Counted from the stretch's first letter, positions 45,187 through 56,589 are shown. The stretch is DNA of 64,000 nucleotides from Prasinococcaceae sp. CCMP 1430 (GCA_013416795.1 RQSC01000630.1:1-64000), one strand, 5' to 3'. Program-made: numbers and translations. The notes: generated from the sequence alone by a model not told the origin.

Positions 45187-46380
45187 TCACTCATCGTCCT
45201 CGACGGCGTCCACGCCGTACGTTCGCTTGGAGATGCCCGCGTACTCGCCGCCCATGAGCTCCATGCACTCGCGCCACAGAGGCACCGGCAACGACAAACA
45301 CTGCTTGAGCACCACCGGCCGGCTGGCGCTTGCAGCGTACCACGCGCCGGCGGCCACCTCGCGCTCAAGCTCTCCCGGGCCCCACATCTGCATCCCCGCG
45401 AAGAAGCGCACACGCGACGGCCGCAGCTCGCCCGGCTGGACCCCGGCGGAGAGGCAACAGGCGCGCGCGTGCACGCGGGGTCAGGCATGTGTGTGTGCGT
45501 GTGTGTATAGAGGGGTGCGGCGGGCGTCAGTTCGCTGGCCGCAGGCACCGACCGGGTGAGCAGCCGCTCCGCTTTTCGCAAAAGCGCGGCGGCGCGCACG
45601 CGCGCGGCAACGCACCGGCTGCGCGAAGAGCCACTCCATGCCGCCTGTGAAAACCCCGGGGAAGACCTCGCGGGCCCCTTCCGCCTCGCCGCACGGGTGC
45701 ACCACACTGACGCCCTGCTGGGCGAGCGCACCGCCGTAGTAGACGCACTGCGACGCGAAGCCTGCCAGGCCGCCCGACGAGCCCGCAGCACCGACGCCCT
45801 CCTCGGGCTCCCACACCTGCTCCATGCCCCAGCCGGCGGGCGGGCCGAGCTCGCCCACAGAGTAGCGCGTGGGACGGTTGAGCACCACCGCGGCGCTGCC
45901 CTCAGGCCCGTGCTGGAGCACAAGCAGCACCGCCTGCCAGAGCTGCGGGGGCACGCCTTCGCCTGTCTCGCCGGCCAACAGCAGGCAGCCCTCCTCAGGG
46001 CGGGGCAGCGGGAAGCAAAAAAAGTCCTCTTCCGCGAGAGCTGGATCCTGCATGGCCAGCAGCTGCATGTTGGCGCGGCTCGTGCGCGAGCGCCAGCCCG
46101 CACCTCCCGCCTCGCCCTCAGACGAGGACACGAGCTTGGCCCGGAATGCGCGCCAGTCGCCCAGCGGAGCTTCTTCTCCTCCTTTGTCTTCACCTCCAGC
46201 GGCATCCGAGTCCTCTGTCTCCCCCTCGCCGGCAGGACCGGGCGTCTCTGCGGAGCACCTGCGCGTCACGCGGCGGGTGCGGCACGCGCGCATTGGGCGG
46301 TGGGAGGTGCCGAAAGAGGCGCCGAGGGGCGCGGCGCGACGCGCCGGCGCGGTCGCCGCTGCCATGGCAGGCCCCGGCAT
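45187..46380 (-). CDS. DUF179 (AlgH/YqgE-like) protein with plastid transit-like N-terminus, 2 exons
   Basis: DWRAFRAKLV, PEEGCLLLA, QAVLLVLQH...GS..VVLNRP, VYYGG, RFFAG...W.PGEL.REV..G.WY, PLWRECMELMGGEY. Intron ~45615-45437. Confidence 0.88.
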
Positions 46381-46449
46381 TCGGCGCGTTGGGTTGCGCG
46401 GTAAGGATGGGCGGGCGGGGGGGGGGGAGGGGGGGGGAGGANCGCCGAT

Positions 46450-46680
46450 TTGCATGCAGATGCGGCGCTCCTGATGTACTTGATGCAGATTCTGCGCTAC
46501 GGTGGCACCCTTCTGAAGGTCACCGTGCTGCTGGTCATGGAGCTGGGTCTCTTTCCGCTCATGTGTGGATGGTGGGTTGATTTTTGTACGCTTCCCTTGC
46601 TGGGCGCAACGCTCGCCGAGAGGTTCGAGTTCTGGTCATCATCCCCGGTCACGTCTACAAACGTGCACTGGCTCGTGGGG
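46450..46680 (+). other. Isolated internal fragment of a MARCH6/DOA10/SUD1-type E3 ligase
   Basis: TLLKVTVLLVMELGLFPLMCGWWVDFCT..L.G.T...R..F..SSP.TS..VHWLVG matches the TEB4-Doa10 (TD) domain. No other part of that gene is in the window. Confidence 0.75.
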
Positions 46681-46704
46681 CGACCCACTCGCGGCGCGCC
46701 GTGC

Positions 46705-47756
46705 ATGGCCATGGACGGGGGCTACGAGACGGGCACGGCGCCCACTCTGCACGCATCGCCGCTGCCGGGCGCGGCGGGCGCCGAGGTAGTTCTGAGCGAT
46801 GACGAGGCGCGCCACGTTCGCTCGCTGCGCCTGCGACCCGGCGATGCTGTGCGCCTCACCGACCTGCAGGGCGGGGTGTGCCTCGCCGTGCTCGCCCCCT
46901 CTGCGGGCGCCTCCGGAAACGGTGCGCAGAGGGCCGGCAAGGGACGCAGGGGCGGCGGCGGACGAAGGGGCGGCGGTGGTGGTGATATGATCGCTGTGTC
47001 GACTGCTCCCGCCGTCATGGTGCCGTGGGAGGGGCCGCGCTGGGAGATGTGCGTTGCGTGCAGCACGCTCGCGGGCGGCCGCGCCGACTGGCTGGTGGAG
47101 AAGGCATCGGAGCTCGGCGCGTGGTCGCTGCAACCGACGCTGACGGCGCGTTCGAGTGGCGGCGGCGGCGAGCGCAAGGGCGGCGCGCCTGCGCGCGCCG
47201 AGCGCTGGGAGCGCGTCGCGCGCGCGGCGTCCAAGCAGTGCCTGCGGCCGCACGCGCTGCGCGTGCCGCCGCCGGCCGAGCTCCTCGGCGAGGACATGCG
47301 AGCGCGCATGGCACGCGCGCCGCTGCTGCTGCTAGCGACGCCCGGCGGCGCGCCGCTGCCAAACGTCCTGGCGGAGTATGCCACCAGCACCGCCGCAGGT
47401 GACTCGCAGGCAGAGCCTTGCATGCTCATCGTCGGGCCGGAGGGCGACCTCACGGTGCGCACGCGAACCGCCAAGCACGCCTCCTCAACGCGCGTGCCTC
47501 TAGCTGCGACGCAAGTGAGCCTGCGCGTTCACGCGCGCGCCTGCGCTGACCACGGCGGACGCGTGCCGCTTCGTGCCTCCCTCGCGTTGCGACGCGCGCA
47601 CACACGCGACCGCACGCGCGCCCGCGCGCTCTGCAGGATGAGGAGAAGGAAGCCGTCCTGGCAGCAGGAGCGACGCCGGTCGGCCTCGGCAAGCTACGGC
47701 TGCGGGCAGAGACTGCCGCCGTCGCCATGCTATCTGCTTGCGCGCTGGCGGCATGA
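46705..47756 (+). CDS. rsmE: 16S rRNA m3U1498 methyltransferase RsmE (organellar), 2 exons
   Basis: EARHVRSLRLRPGD.V.L.D, RADWLVEKASELG, RWERVA.AASKQC.R, VGPEGDLT|DEE..GLGKLRLRAETAA. Intron 47455-47636. Confidence 0.92.
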
Positions 47757-47923
47757 GCCCGCGCGAGCCCGCGCAAAAGGTGCCAGCATGTATATGTACC
47801 GATCCGTTTGACTCGAGGGCGGGTCGCGATCATGCGCGCGCGCGCATAACCCTCTGATTTGAAGAGGTGCGAGAAAGCAGCAGGTGCCGCGGAGTAGCCC
47901 CGGCGCGTGCAACGATCCCCGCC

Positions 47924-49270
47924 CTACTCGTACTTGGCCGAGGTCGCGCGGCCGTCGACCAGCCACGCAGCGACGGCGACGCCCAGCGCGAGCTGCATGA
48001 AGTCGCCGAATGCGTTGTCATCCCCGCTAGCGCGAGGCTTGCTGCGAGGCTTGCTGCGCACGGCCGCCGCCGGCTTGGCAGCAGACCTGGGCGTGGCCAC
48101 GCGGGCCTGCCTCCTCGAAGCAGCGGGCTGGGCGACAGAAGTGGACGCGGCCGCCGGTGTCGCGGTTCGCCTGACGCGCGTGCTCCTGGCGGACACGGCG
48201 GGTGCGGCGGCCTCGGCTGCCGCGGTTGGTTTCGCGGCCTCGGCGGTGACCGCGGCGCGCCTCGCGCGCGCCGGGAGCACGCGCGGTGGCGGCTTTGCCG
48301 GAGCCGCTGCCTCGGCCGTCTCGGCAGCCTCGATCGGTTTCGCGGCCTCGGCGGTGACCGCCGCGCGCCTCGCACGCGCAGGGCGCGCGCGCGGCGGCGG
48401 CTTGGCAACCCTCTTGGGCCGCGTCACCTTCACGCGCTCACGTTTGGCCTTTGTGACTTTCTTGCGCACGGGCTCGCGCGCGAACCCCTTTGGCTTGGGA
48501 CGAGCCACCGGCTTCTCCGCCTTCTTGCGCACGCGCGGCGTGCCAGTGCCGGTACGCGCCGTGGCGGCAGCGCTGGACCTGCTGGTTGAGGCGGGCTTCG
48601 TGACTCTGGCACTGCGGCTTGAGCGCTTGATCTTCGGCATCGCTGGCTTCGGCGCGCGAGCAGGGGCGGGTGGAGGCGCCGCGCGCGTCGAACGCAGCGC
48701 CTCAGCCCGTGCCCGCGCGGCCGCCTGCGCGGCAGCACGGGGGTTGCCCGCAGGCGCCGCGGGCGCGGGTGCGGCCTTGTATGCGGATGCGACGCGCACG
48801 TCTGGTGCCTCGTAGCTGTTCATGGCAACCTGCCGTGAGATCGTGCCCGCGGAGGATGAGCGCGCGGCGCCTTTGAGGGCCACGTCAACGTGGCGTGCGA
48901 ATGGGCCAGGCTTGCTTGCGAGGGCGGTCGCGAGGGCCTTCTCGTGCGCAATCGCCCGCTGCGACTTCACCAGGCCGGCGGCGCTGTACACCACCTCCAC
49001 CTCCACCTCAGGGGGCGAGGGGCGCTTGTAGTTGATTGCTGCGTTGGCGTGCGGTGGCGCGACGATGCCTGACGATGCGATGACGGCCGCGAGCGCGAGC
49101 GCCGCAGCGCCCGCGGTGCCGCCGCTGCCGGAGCCCTCGGCGCATCGCGCCTGCAGCGCCGGCCGGGCTGCCTCGGACGCTCTCGCCACCGGCGGAGCGC
49201 GCCGCTGAGTGCGTGTCGCCGGCGCGGAGGCAACCGCCTTCGCCGCGGTTGCCGTCGCTCCCGCCGCCAT
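47924..49270 (-). CDS. Hypothetical plastid/thylakoid protein with Lys/Arg/Ala/Pro-rich region and C-terminal TM
   Basis: Transit-like N-terminus, hydrophobic segment ending ANA|A, internal repeat ARARRAAVTAEAAKP x2, tail FMQLALGVAVAAWLV. Confidence 0.6.
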   Translation of the reverse strand: MAAGATATAAKAVASAPATRTQRRAPPVARASEAARPALQARCAEGSGSGGTAGAAALALAAVIASSGIVAPPHANAAINYKRPSPPEVEVEVVYSAAGLVKSQRAIAHEKALATALASKPGPFARHVDVALKGAARSSSAGTISRQVAMNSYEAPDVRVASAYKAAPAPAAPAGNPRAAAQAAARARAEALRSTRAAPPPAPARAPKPAMPKIKRSSRSARVTKPASTSRSSAAATARTGTGTPRVRKKAEKPVARPKPKGFAREPVRKKVTKAKRERVKVTRPKRVAKPPPRARPARARRAAVTAEAAKPIEAAETAEAAAPAKPPPRVLPARARRAAVTAEAAKPTAAAEAAAPAVSARSTRVRRTATPAAASTSVAQPAASRRQARVATPRSAAKPAAAVRSKPRSKPRASGDDNAFGDFMQLALGVAVAAWLVDGRATSAKYE

Positions 49271-50062
49271 CGTTGCCCCGGCCGCGCCTACCACGCCCAC
49301 CCCGTGTGCGTCCCTGCCCGCACACGCCAGCCGCACGCGCATCCGCACGCGCCGCTAACACCGAGGAGGCGCGCACGTGCGGCCTTTACCCACGCGCGCC
49401 GCACTCCCCCCCACGCCCACACACACCCAGCATCTCGCTCGCTCGCTCGCGCGCGCACCCGCGCACCGGAAAATCCGCGGGCCGCGCGTCCCTCCGAAAT
49501 TTCCCCCGCGGGTTCGCCCGCGCGCCCTCGTTTCGATGGCGGGCGCCCGCCGAGACCCACGGTCCCGCCGCGGCGCCCCCCCGGGGCGAAAAGACGGAAT
49601 GACTAAAATGACGGATTGGGTTTTATTCACAAAACATTACGTAAAATATGTCACAATGCATTAAAACGTTTTCCATCGCTGTGAGAGGCGCTGAAAAGGT
49701 GGATCGCGCGGCGAAAAAGCGGATCGCGCGGCATCCACGTCAGCCCGGAGGGCGGGATGATGCGGGGGAGCGCGCGGCCGCCACGCGCGCGCGCGTCCCG
49801 CAGGCCATCAAATGGCACTGTAGGAACAAAGTAACCACGGGAGAGCTCTTCATTCGTGTACAGGAGCATCTCCATTGAGTGCTTGGCGCGACAGGGCGTG
49901 CACCGCCGCGGGTACGCAAGGCTGCCGTGGCGCCGACGGCAGGCCGTGCGGGCCGTGCGGGCCGTGCGGGCCTGCGGCGGAGGCGGAGGGGCTGGGGGGG
50001 TGGGGGGGGGTCAGAGCTCCGGCGAGGGGAGCTGCAGGCGCGTGATCCAGCCGACGGGCGGC

Positions 50063-50875
50063 ATGGTGCGCGTGGTCGTGTGGACGGCGCCGCGCTGCGT
50101 GTCGACGGCCCTCGAGAAGGCCCTGGCGGGCGCGACGCCGCGCGTCGACGTCATGCACGAGCCGCTGTCCAAACACTACTACTTCGGACCCCAGCGAGTG
50201 TCCGAGCGCTACGCGGGCCAGCCGCCTGACACCGCGTCTGACGCAACGCCGGATGGCGTCTTCGAGCGCATTCTCGCCGCGGGCGACGGGGAGAGGGGCG
50301 CGCACGTGGTAGTGAAGGACATGGCGTACTACCTCGACGGTTACGACGTGCGAGCTGCCGTGCGTTGCCTTCGCGCGGGCGATGTGCGACACGCGTTCCT
50401 CGTCCGCTCGCCGCGGGCAACCGTGCCGTCGCTTTACAAAGCGTCGCTCGACACGGAGCGCACAGGCTGGGACTACTTTGACGCTTGCGAGGTCGGCATG
50501 GAGTCGCTGTCGAAGCTGTACGACGCCGTCGTCGAGGAGGAGGCGTCCGAGCCGGTCGTGCTCGATTCGGACGACCTCATAGACGACCCCACGGGTGCCA
50601 TGAGGGCGTTCTGCGGGGCGGTTGGCTTGCCATTCGATGCGACTCGCATGCTTGCCTGGGAGGAGGGTCCTCTGCCAGGCTGGGACACGTGGGGCGGGTG
50701 GCATGACGACGCCATACACTCGACGGGCTTCCGGCCGAGGGCGGAAAGGGGCGCGTGGCTGAGGGAGTGCAAGCCCACGGGCCTCGGCGTCGCACACGAT
50801 GCTGTCGCGCGCGAGGCTGCAGAGGCTGCGATGCCCGCGTTCCAGAAGCTGCACGTAAAACGGTTGAGATGGTGA
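50063..50875 (+). CDS. Sulfotransferase-like P-loop protein (family of the N-terminal domain of BCAT-like proteins)
   Basis: VWTAPRCVSTALE, HEP, VVKDMAYY, HAFLVRSP...VPSLY, PVVLDSDDL..DP......C..VG.PF...ML.W, WH..A..STGF. Confidence 0.85.
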   Translation: MVRVVVWTAPRCVSTALEKALAGATPRVDVMHEPLSKHYYFGPQRVSERYAGQPPDTASDATPDGVFERILAAGDGERGAHVVVKDMAYYLDGYDVRAAVRCLRAGDVRHAFLVRSPRATVPSLYKASLDTERTGWDYFDACEVGMESLSKLYDAVVEEEASEPVVLDSDDLIDDPTGAMRAFCGAVGLPFDATRMLAWEEGPLPGWDTWGGWHDDAIHSTGFRPRAERGAWLRECKPTGLGVAHDAVAREAAEAAMPAFQKLHVKRLRW

Positions 50876-51357
50876 GCCGTCCAGCCCCTCCTGTCCGCAC
50901 CCAGTCATTCAAGAGATGTTGACCCGATGCGTGCGCACTGGTACGGGTCAAATGTACATGCCTTAGACGGGACTGCGGTGAGCTATTTGCCACCCCGCGC
51001 CACCACTTCTGTAGCGGCGCTTCTCTAGCTAGTGCCGCGTCGACAACAATCGGGAGGCAGAGCAAGCAAGTGATATTACAATGAGAGGTCGAGTACGCTC
51101 GCGCGTTTTGCGATCGCTTTTGCGTCTGTTGCAGGTCGCGATTCTTTGCAGTGTCGTGCTGTATACAGTGTGTGCAGCGTATGCGAGGTACGATCGAGAG
51201 GCGTCTGCCTTCTACGGCGGATGGCAGTCTCCCAGCGAAGGGGGCGTGAGAGGGAGGAAGGCGGCTAGATGGGCTGTACTCTTGACTCGGAGCACAGTAT
51301 GATGTCGCCGGGTACGCCAGAGCGTGCAGGCCGCCTGATCGTCAACTACAAAGCGGA

Positions 51358-52677
51358 CTACAGGCCGACATACATCCTCCACCAGCACGTGAGCAACAAG
51401 CAGTGCACCAGCGCGAGCGCACGGGCCAGTCTCACGGCTCGCCGGTTGGCGAAGATGCCCCCCCCGGCTGCCGCGATCAGCGCCAGCGGTCCCAGCGCAA
51501 ACGCGAGCAAGCACAGCACGGCGCTTGTCCTCCACTCGTTTGGCGCGTGCTCCGGGAATGTCTTGATGTTGAGGCCGACCGCGAGCTCTCGCGTAGCGTC
51601 AGCCTGGGAGGCCGTGGAACGCGCTGCCTTGCGGAAGAGCTTCGCCGTTGCCGACAGCGACGAAGCTGCCGGCGCATGGCGACGCTCAGAAGCTGCCGCA
51701 GCACGGCTAGACTCAGCGGTCGTCTGCTGTCGCGAAGAGGAGAGAGCGTGCAGTCGGTAGGTGGGCTCACCGCCCAGCTTTCGACCAGCGGTGAGAGTCA
51801 GATCGAAAGGACGCCGCATGATGTCGTCAATGCGCGCGAGGCTCTGCCGGCAGCACGTTGGCAACGGCGGCTGCGAGGAGTGACGGAGGCCTCGAGCACC
51901 GCCGCATTCACTTCCCCCGGGGCCTGGTTGATGTCCTCCATCGACCCTTCCCGTATTGTGCAAAGCAACAGGCAGGTCATCCCCGTCCTGGGCGGGTGGG
52001 TGCGGAGATGGCACCGCGTGCTCCCCAGACCACGTCGCCTGCTGCTGCCCTGCCGCTGGCACGACCCCGCAGGCGTCTGAGCGCGTGGCAGCACGCACGC
52101 CAGCCGCCGGAGCCTCGGAGCGATGCCCAGGCGGTAGCGCTGTGTCTACGTGACCACGGGTGGCCGCTGCGGCTATGCCTCGTCCGCAGACGATGCAAAG
52201 GATGTCTCCCGGGCTGTTGAGCGCAACTTGGTTGCGTTGGAGCTCCCCGTTGGAGACGATGCAGCTCCGTGCATTGGGCGGCGGCGCGGAGGGTACGGGT
52301 CTCGCGTTCGCGCGCAGCGCGTCGACATGCTTCGCCTCGCGACGGAAGAATGACCCGCGGAGAAGTCCCAGCTCCAGTCGGACGTCGGGGTTGCCTGGTC
52401 GGGCGCGCATCAGCGCACCGCCGAGAGGGGCATCAGTAACGACCCGCACGGCCCTGCTGAAGGGGGCGTCGTGCGTGCCTCGGTGTCGCGCCGCGCCTCC
52501 GGTTTGGAGGACGCCCTCGAGTGTACCACCCGACCCCACGGCAGCAGCCGCGGGCGCGACCGCGGACAGCGCATCGATGTCCACTGCGACGAGCCCCCCG
52601 GAGTCGCTGGGGCACCCTCCCATGGGCGCCTCGTTGTCGGCCGGTGCGTCGCCGCGTGCGCAGGGGGTAGGGGCCAT
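51358..52677 (-). CDS. Hypothetical protein with two C-terminal hydrophobic helices
   Basis: 439-aa ATG-initiated ORF, mostly low complexity, ending in two TM-like segments. No family recognised. Confidence 0.4.
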   Translation of the reverse strand: MAPTPCARGDAPADNEAPMGGCPSDSGGLVAVDIDALSAVAPAAAAVGSGGTLEGVLQTGGAARHRGTHDAPFSRAVRVVTDAPLGGALMRARPGNPDVRLELGLLRGSFFRREAKHVDALRANARPVPSAPPPNARSCIVSNGELQRNQVALNSPGDILCIVCGRGIAAAATRGHVDTALPPGHRSEAPAAGVRAATRSDACGVVPAAGQQQATWSGEHAVPSPHPPAQDGDDLPVALHNTGRVDGGHQPGPGGSECGGARGLRHSSQPPLPTCCRQSLARIDDIMRRPFDLTLTAGRKLGGEPTYRLHALSSSRQQTTAESSRAAAASERRHAPAASSLSATAKLFRKAARSTASQADATRELAVGLNIKTFPEHAPNEWRTSAVLCLLAFALGPLALIAAAGGGIFANRRAVRLARALALVHCLLLTCWWRMYVGL

Positions 52678-53999
52678 GATCGCCCCGCGCCAATTTTATC
52701 AGCACCGCCGCGCAGCGGCCCGCGGCAGGCAACGTGGCAGGCGGGCGCCCGGGAGGCGGCTCAGCCGCGGCTGGCGTCCGGCGCCCTCGCGGCCTGCCGC
52801 GGCCCGGCCCGCGCCCGCGCGGCGCGGCCCCTCACTCAGCGCGAGGCGCGCGGCCGGCGGCGCGGCGCTGTGGCGGCGGCGCGCCGCGCGCCCACGCGAC
52901 CCACGCGGCGGGCGCCGCCGGCCGCGAGGGCGCGTCGCCGCGCCGCTATGACTGAGTGCTCCAATGATTGCGGTCGTGCGCGTATCAGCGACAGATCGCA
53001 CACAGACACTGCGTGCCGACACTGCATGTGGACCATCCTCAGACGCGTGGCAACTCATCTACGTCATGATCATGCGGTGAATCCTGACAATGCCGTGTTC
53101 ACAGATACGCCACGTCACCCCGCGCCCGGCGCAGGCACGGGAGGGCGCTGGCGCAGCAGCGCGGCGGCACTCCACTGTCGGTTGCCCGCTTCGTCCGACC
53201 ATGACGTTGTGTATCTCGTCGGTGAGAGCGTATCATTCCGTATCTTTGCTCGGCGCGGAGCCCGCCGGGGGAGAGGCCTATCGCGCAGAGGGGAGGCGCC
53301 GAGGCGCCCGCGCGCCTCGAGTCCCTCAGCCGGCCGTCGTCCGGCCGGGGGTGCCGCGTTGCTGCCGCCGCTACCTGCGCGCACACACCGCCTTCCCGCC
53401 AGTGGCGCTGCAGCCCTCGTGCAGGGGCTGCTGAAGGCCGCGCGAGCCCTCGCCCAGGTGCGAGTGTCACATAAATGGAACCACGCCAGTTTCGGTGCGA
53501 GTTTCGATCCACCCCAGGCGACAATGAAAGTGTGCGCTCTTGATGGCGCATATGTTTCGACATTGCGCGCATTGCGATGTGACCTTTGCGCGATCTGCAC
53601 GCGAGAGAAGGAGAGACCAACTCTAATTTTATGAGCGAGCGGCCAGCGGCCTGCACTTTTGTTGGTCGGCGGAGCGTTTTTGCTTTCACCTTTGATTTGA
53701 AAGGGGGTCGAAGTTCTCCCCAACACACACACACCGGAACAAAACGGCCCAACGGATGGGAAGGCGCGCGCGTGGGTGGGTGTGTCGATATGGTCGCACC
53801 ACGTCGGGTGATGGCGGAGCGCGCGAAAGCGAGGGCGGGAGGGGAGCAGGAGAAAAATTTTCGCGCGACACAGCGCGCGCGCTGCGCCGCGCCGGGGAGC
53901 GCCCGGGAGCGCCGCGCCGGGGGAGCGCGCGGCCTCTCCTTCGTCCCCCCCTCCCCCCCTCCCTCGGCGGTGCGCTGGGATCGTGGTGGGCTGGCGGCG

Positions 54000-56456
54000 A
54001 TGAGCGGCGGCGGCGGCGGCGGCGACGCCGATGCGCTCCGCGCGCAGGTGCGCTTCCTCGAGGACAACGTGCGGCGCCTCAACGAGGCGCTGAGCGCGCA
54101 GCAGCTCGCAATGACCGGAAGCGCGACGAAGCCTCTCCATTCGGCCCCGCGCCGCCGCGGCTCGTCGACGCCCAGTACCTCTCGCCGCTGCTCGTGGCGT
54201 ACGACAGGCGGCTCGCCGCGGCGGAGGGCGCCGACCGCGCGGCGCGCGCCGACGCCGACAGGATGCGGTCGCGCATCGATGAAGTCGTGGCGGAGAACGA
54301 GGCGCTCGCGGCGGAGGCGGCGCGGGCGACGGAGGCGCTCGCGGCCAAGACGGAGGTCGCAGAGGCGGCCATGCCCCACGAGAACCGCGAGCTGCTCGAG
54401 CGCATCGACATCCTCACCCGCGAGAACGACTCGGTGCTCGCACAGGTGAGCTCGCTCGAGGAGGAGAACGGGCGCCTGCACGCAACGCTCGAGGCACGCG
54501 CCGCGGAGAACGCGCGGATGGCTCGAGAGCTCGCGGGAGTCAAGGGGAGGCTGGAGGCCTCGAGCCGTCGCGTCGCCGCCGCGGAGCGCGAGGCAGGCGC
54601 CGCCGCCGGCGCCGTGCAGCGGGCTGCCGCGGCAGACGCGGCGGTTGTCACGAGTGCGGGCGCTGCGGTGGACGCGCAGCGCAAGTTCGCCGAACAGAGC
54701 GAGGCGCACCTGTCGGAGATCCGTGCGCTGCAGTCTGGGAGCAGCGCCCTCACGGCGCGGTGCCGCGAGGCCGAGGCCGCCGCCGAGGCGTCGCGCCGCG
54801 AGGCGGCCGCCGCTCGCGAGGCCTGCACCTCAAGGGAGAGGGAGCTCGAGGTCTCGCGCAAGGAGGCGACGGACCTCGCTGCACGCACCTCTGCTCTCGA
54901 GCAGTCGGTCGCGGACTACCAGGCACGCGACGTGGAGGTCTTCCAGCGGGTGAAGGAGGCGCTCGATCGCTCCGAAGGTGCGCACGCGGCGCTGCGATGC
55001 TCATCGGCGCGCGCGCACCGCATCTGCCGTGCTCTGACACTCGTCGCGCGCGTGCGCACGGTGCGCGTGGCGCGCAGAGGCCAAGCGAGCCCGCGATGTC
55101 GTGCTCACGGAGAAGGGCGCGCTTGAGGAGGAGAACAAGAGCTTGGTGGAGCGCCTGCGCTCGGTGCGCGCCGAGTCGCGCGCTGAGCGCGAGACAGAGA
55201 TGGCGCGTCAGAAGGCCGTCGCCGCGGCTGATCGCGATCGTCTGGAGCGCCAGCTGCAGGCTGCGATGGAGGGCCAGGCTGTGGCTGAGCAGGCGTGTCT
55301 GCGCGCGAAGCGCGAGGCTGCCTCGGCGGCCGCCGATGCGCGTGCTGCGCGTGAGGCAGCGCTCTCGCAGTTCGGTGGCCAGGCGCTCGCCGCCGCGACT
55401 GGCACTGCAGCCGCCGTGGCCGCTGGCGCCCCCGTGGCGGACGCCGAGGGCGCTGCTGCCGCCGCTTCGGCGCTCTCGCCCCTGCAGTTGGTGGCGCAGC
55501 TCGAGAACGCGGAACGCGCCCGCCAGGAGTCCGAAGAGCGCGCGGCGTCGGAACAGCGCAGCGCCGAGCGCGCCGCAAGCGAGGCTCGCGTTACGCAGGC
55601 AGCGCTCGCGGCGGACGTGTCGCGCATCGAGGCGCACTCCAAGCGCCTGCAGGCCGACACTGATATGCTCCGCGATCGCGTCGAGCGCGAGCGCGTCCGC
55701 CGCGAGGAGGCCGAGGCCGGGCAGCGCTCAGCTGAGCGTCGCGCTGCCGAGGCGGGTGCCATGGCTGCCCGAGAGATTGATCGCCTTTCTTCGGAGTCTG
55801 ACCGCAAGACGCGCGCACTGGCGTCGCGCCTTGAGCAGGCGGTGTCGCTCTACAACCAGTCGGCCGCCGAGGCTGAGAATGTGCTCGCTGAGAAGGAGGA
55901 CGCGCTGGACACGTGGAAGAAGGAGGCCAAGGAGGCCGCCGCGCGCCTTGAGCGCGTGGGCGAGTCGCAGCGCCTCGAAATCGAGCGTCTCACCCACCGC
56001 AACGAGGAGCTCTCCAACAAGCTGCAGACGCTGGTCAAGGAGGCATCCAGCGACCGCGAGGGCGTTGAGCGGTGGCGCCTCGAAGAAGCGACCCTGCGAC
56101 CCGAGCTTGAGGCCGCAGTGACCGCCCGCGACGACCTGCAGCGGCGGTTGGCGGCGATCAGTGCGCGCGAGGATGGAATGCTGCGCGAGCGCCGCGAACT
56201 GGCCGCGGCGGTGGACGCCGCCAAAGTGGAGAGCGCGCGTGCATGCCGCCAGCGCGACGCGGCGCTCGCGCAAGCCGAGCAGCTGCGGCGCGAGGCCGAC
56301 GAGACCGAGCGCGCCAAGCGTGACGCCGTCGAGGCGGTCCAACGAGAGCGCGCGCTTCAGGCGCTGGTCGGCAGCATAGGCGGCACAGCCGTCCTGAAGG
56401 ACACCAACGGCTCGAAGGCCTCAAAGCGCGCCCAGGCCAAGGTCGCGGCCAACTAG
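54000..56456 (+). CDS. SCLT1-like centriolar distal-appendage coiled-coil protein (apparent frameshift near 54100-54160)
   Basis: QVRFLEDNVRRLNE.L and YLSPLLVAYDRRL..IDEVVAENE.L resemble the SCLT1 N-terminus (a similar motif also occurs in CEP89). Intron 54978-55077 joins the downstream ORFs in frame. Confidence 0.65.
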
Positions 56457-56589
56457 CTCCGTGCCATGGCGCATGTAGACACGTGCACGCATCGACACGC
56501 ATCACACTAATTCCTCGAGTATTACCATCACAACTGTGCCCACGCCCCGTCGCTGTCTCTCTCTCCCGTGCTGGAGAGGCGCGAAGCCG

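Noticed and set aside
26120-47756. Bacterial-type genes (recX, rsmE, DUF179) as a sign of contamination or recent HGT
   Set aside because: They carry spliceosomal introns and host-like composition, and these families are standard nuclear-encoded organellar genes in green plants.
51081-51302. 73-aa ORF with a hydrophobic segment
   Set aside because: Lies between convergent gene ends with atypical codon usage; likely UTR.
52948-53634. Complex-looking region with ORF MTECSNDCGR...
   Set aside because: No motif, weak codon bias and no clear splice structure; cannot support a gene or ncRNA call.
53099-54709. 536-aa minus-strand ORF and similar antisense shadows (e.g. 47907-48815, 61096-62766, 16117-17016)
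   Set aside because: Stop-poor antisense frames are expected in very GC-rich coding DNA; no recognisable domains.
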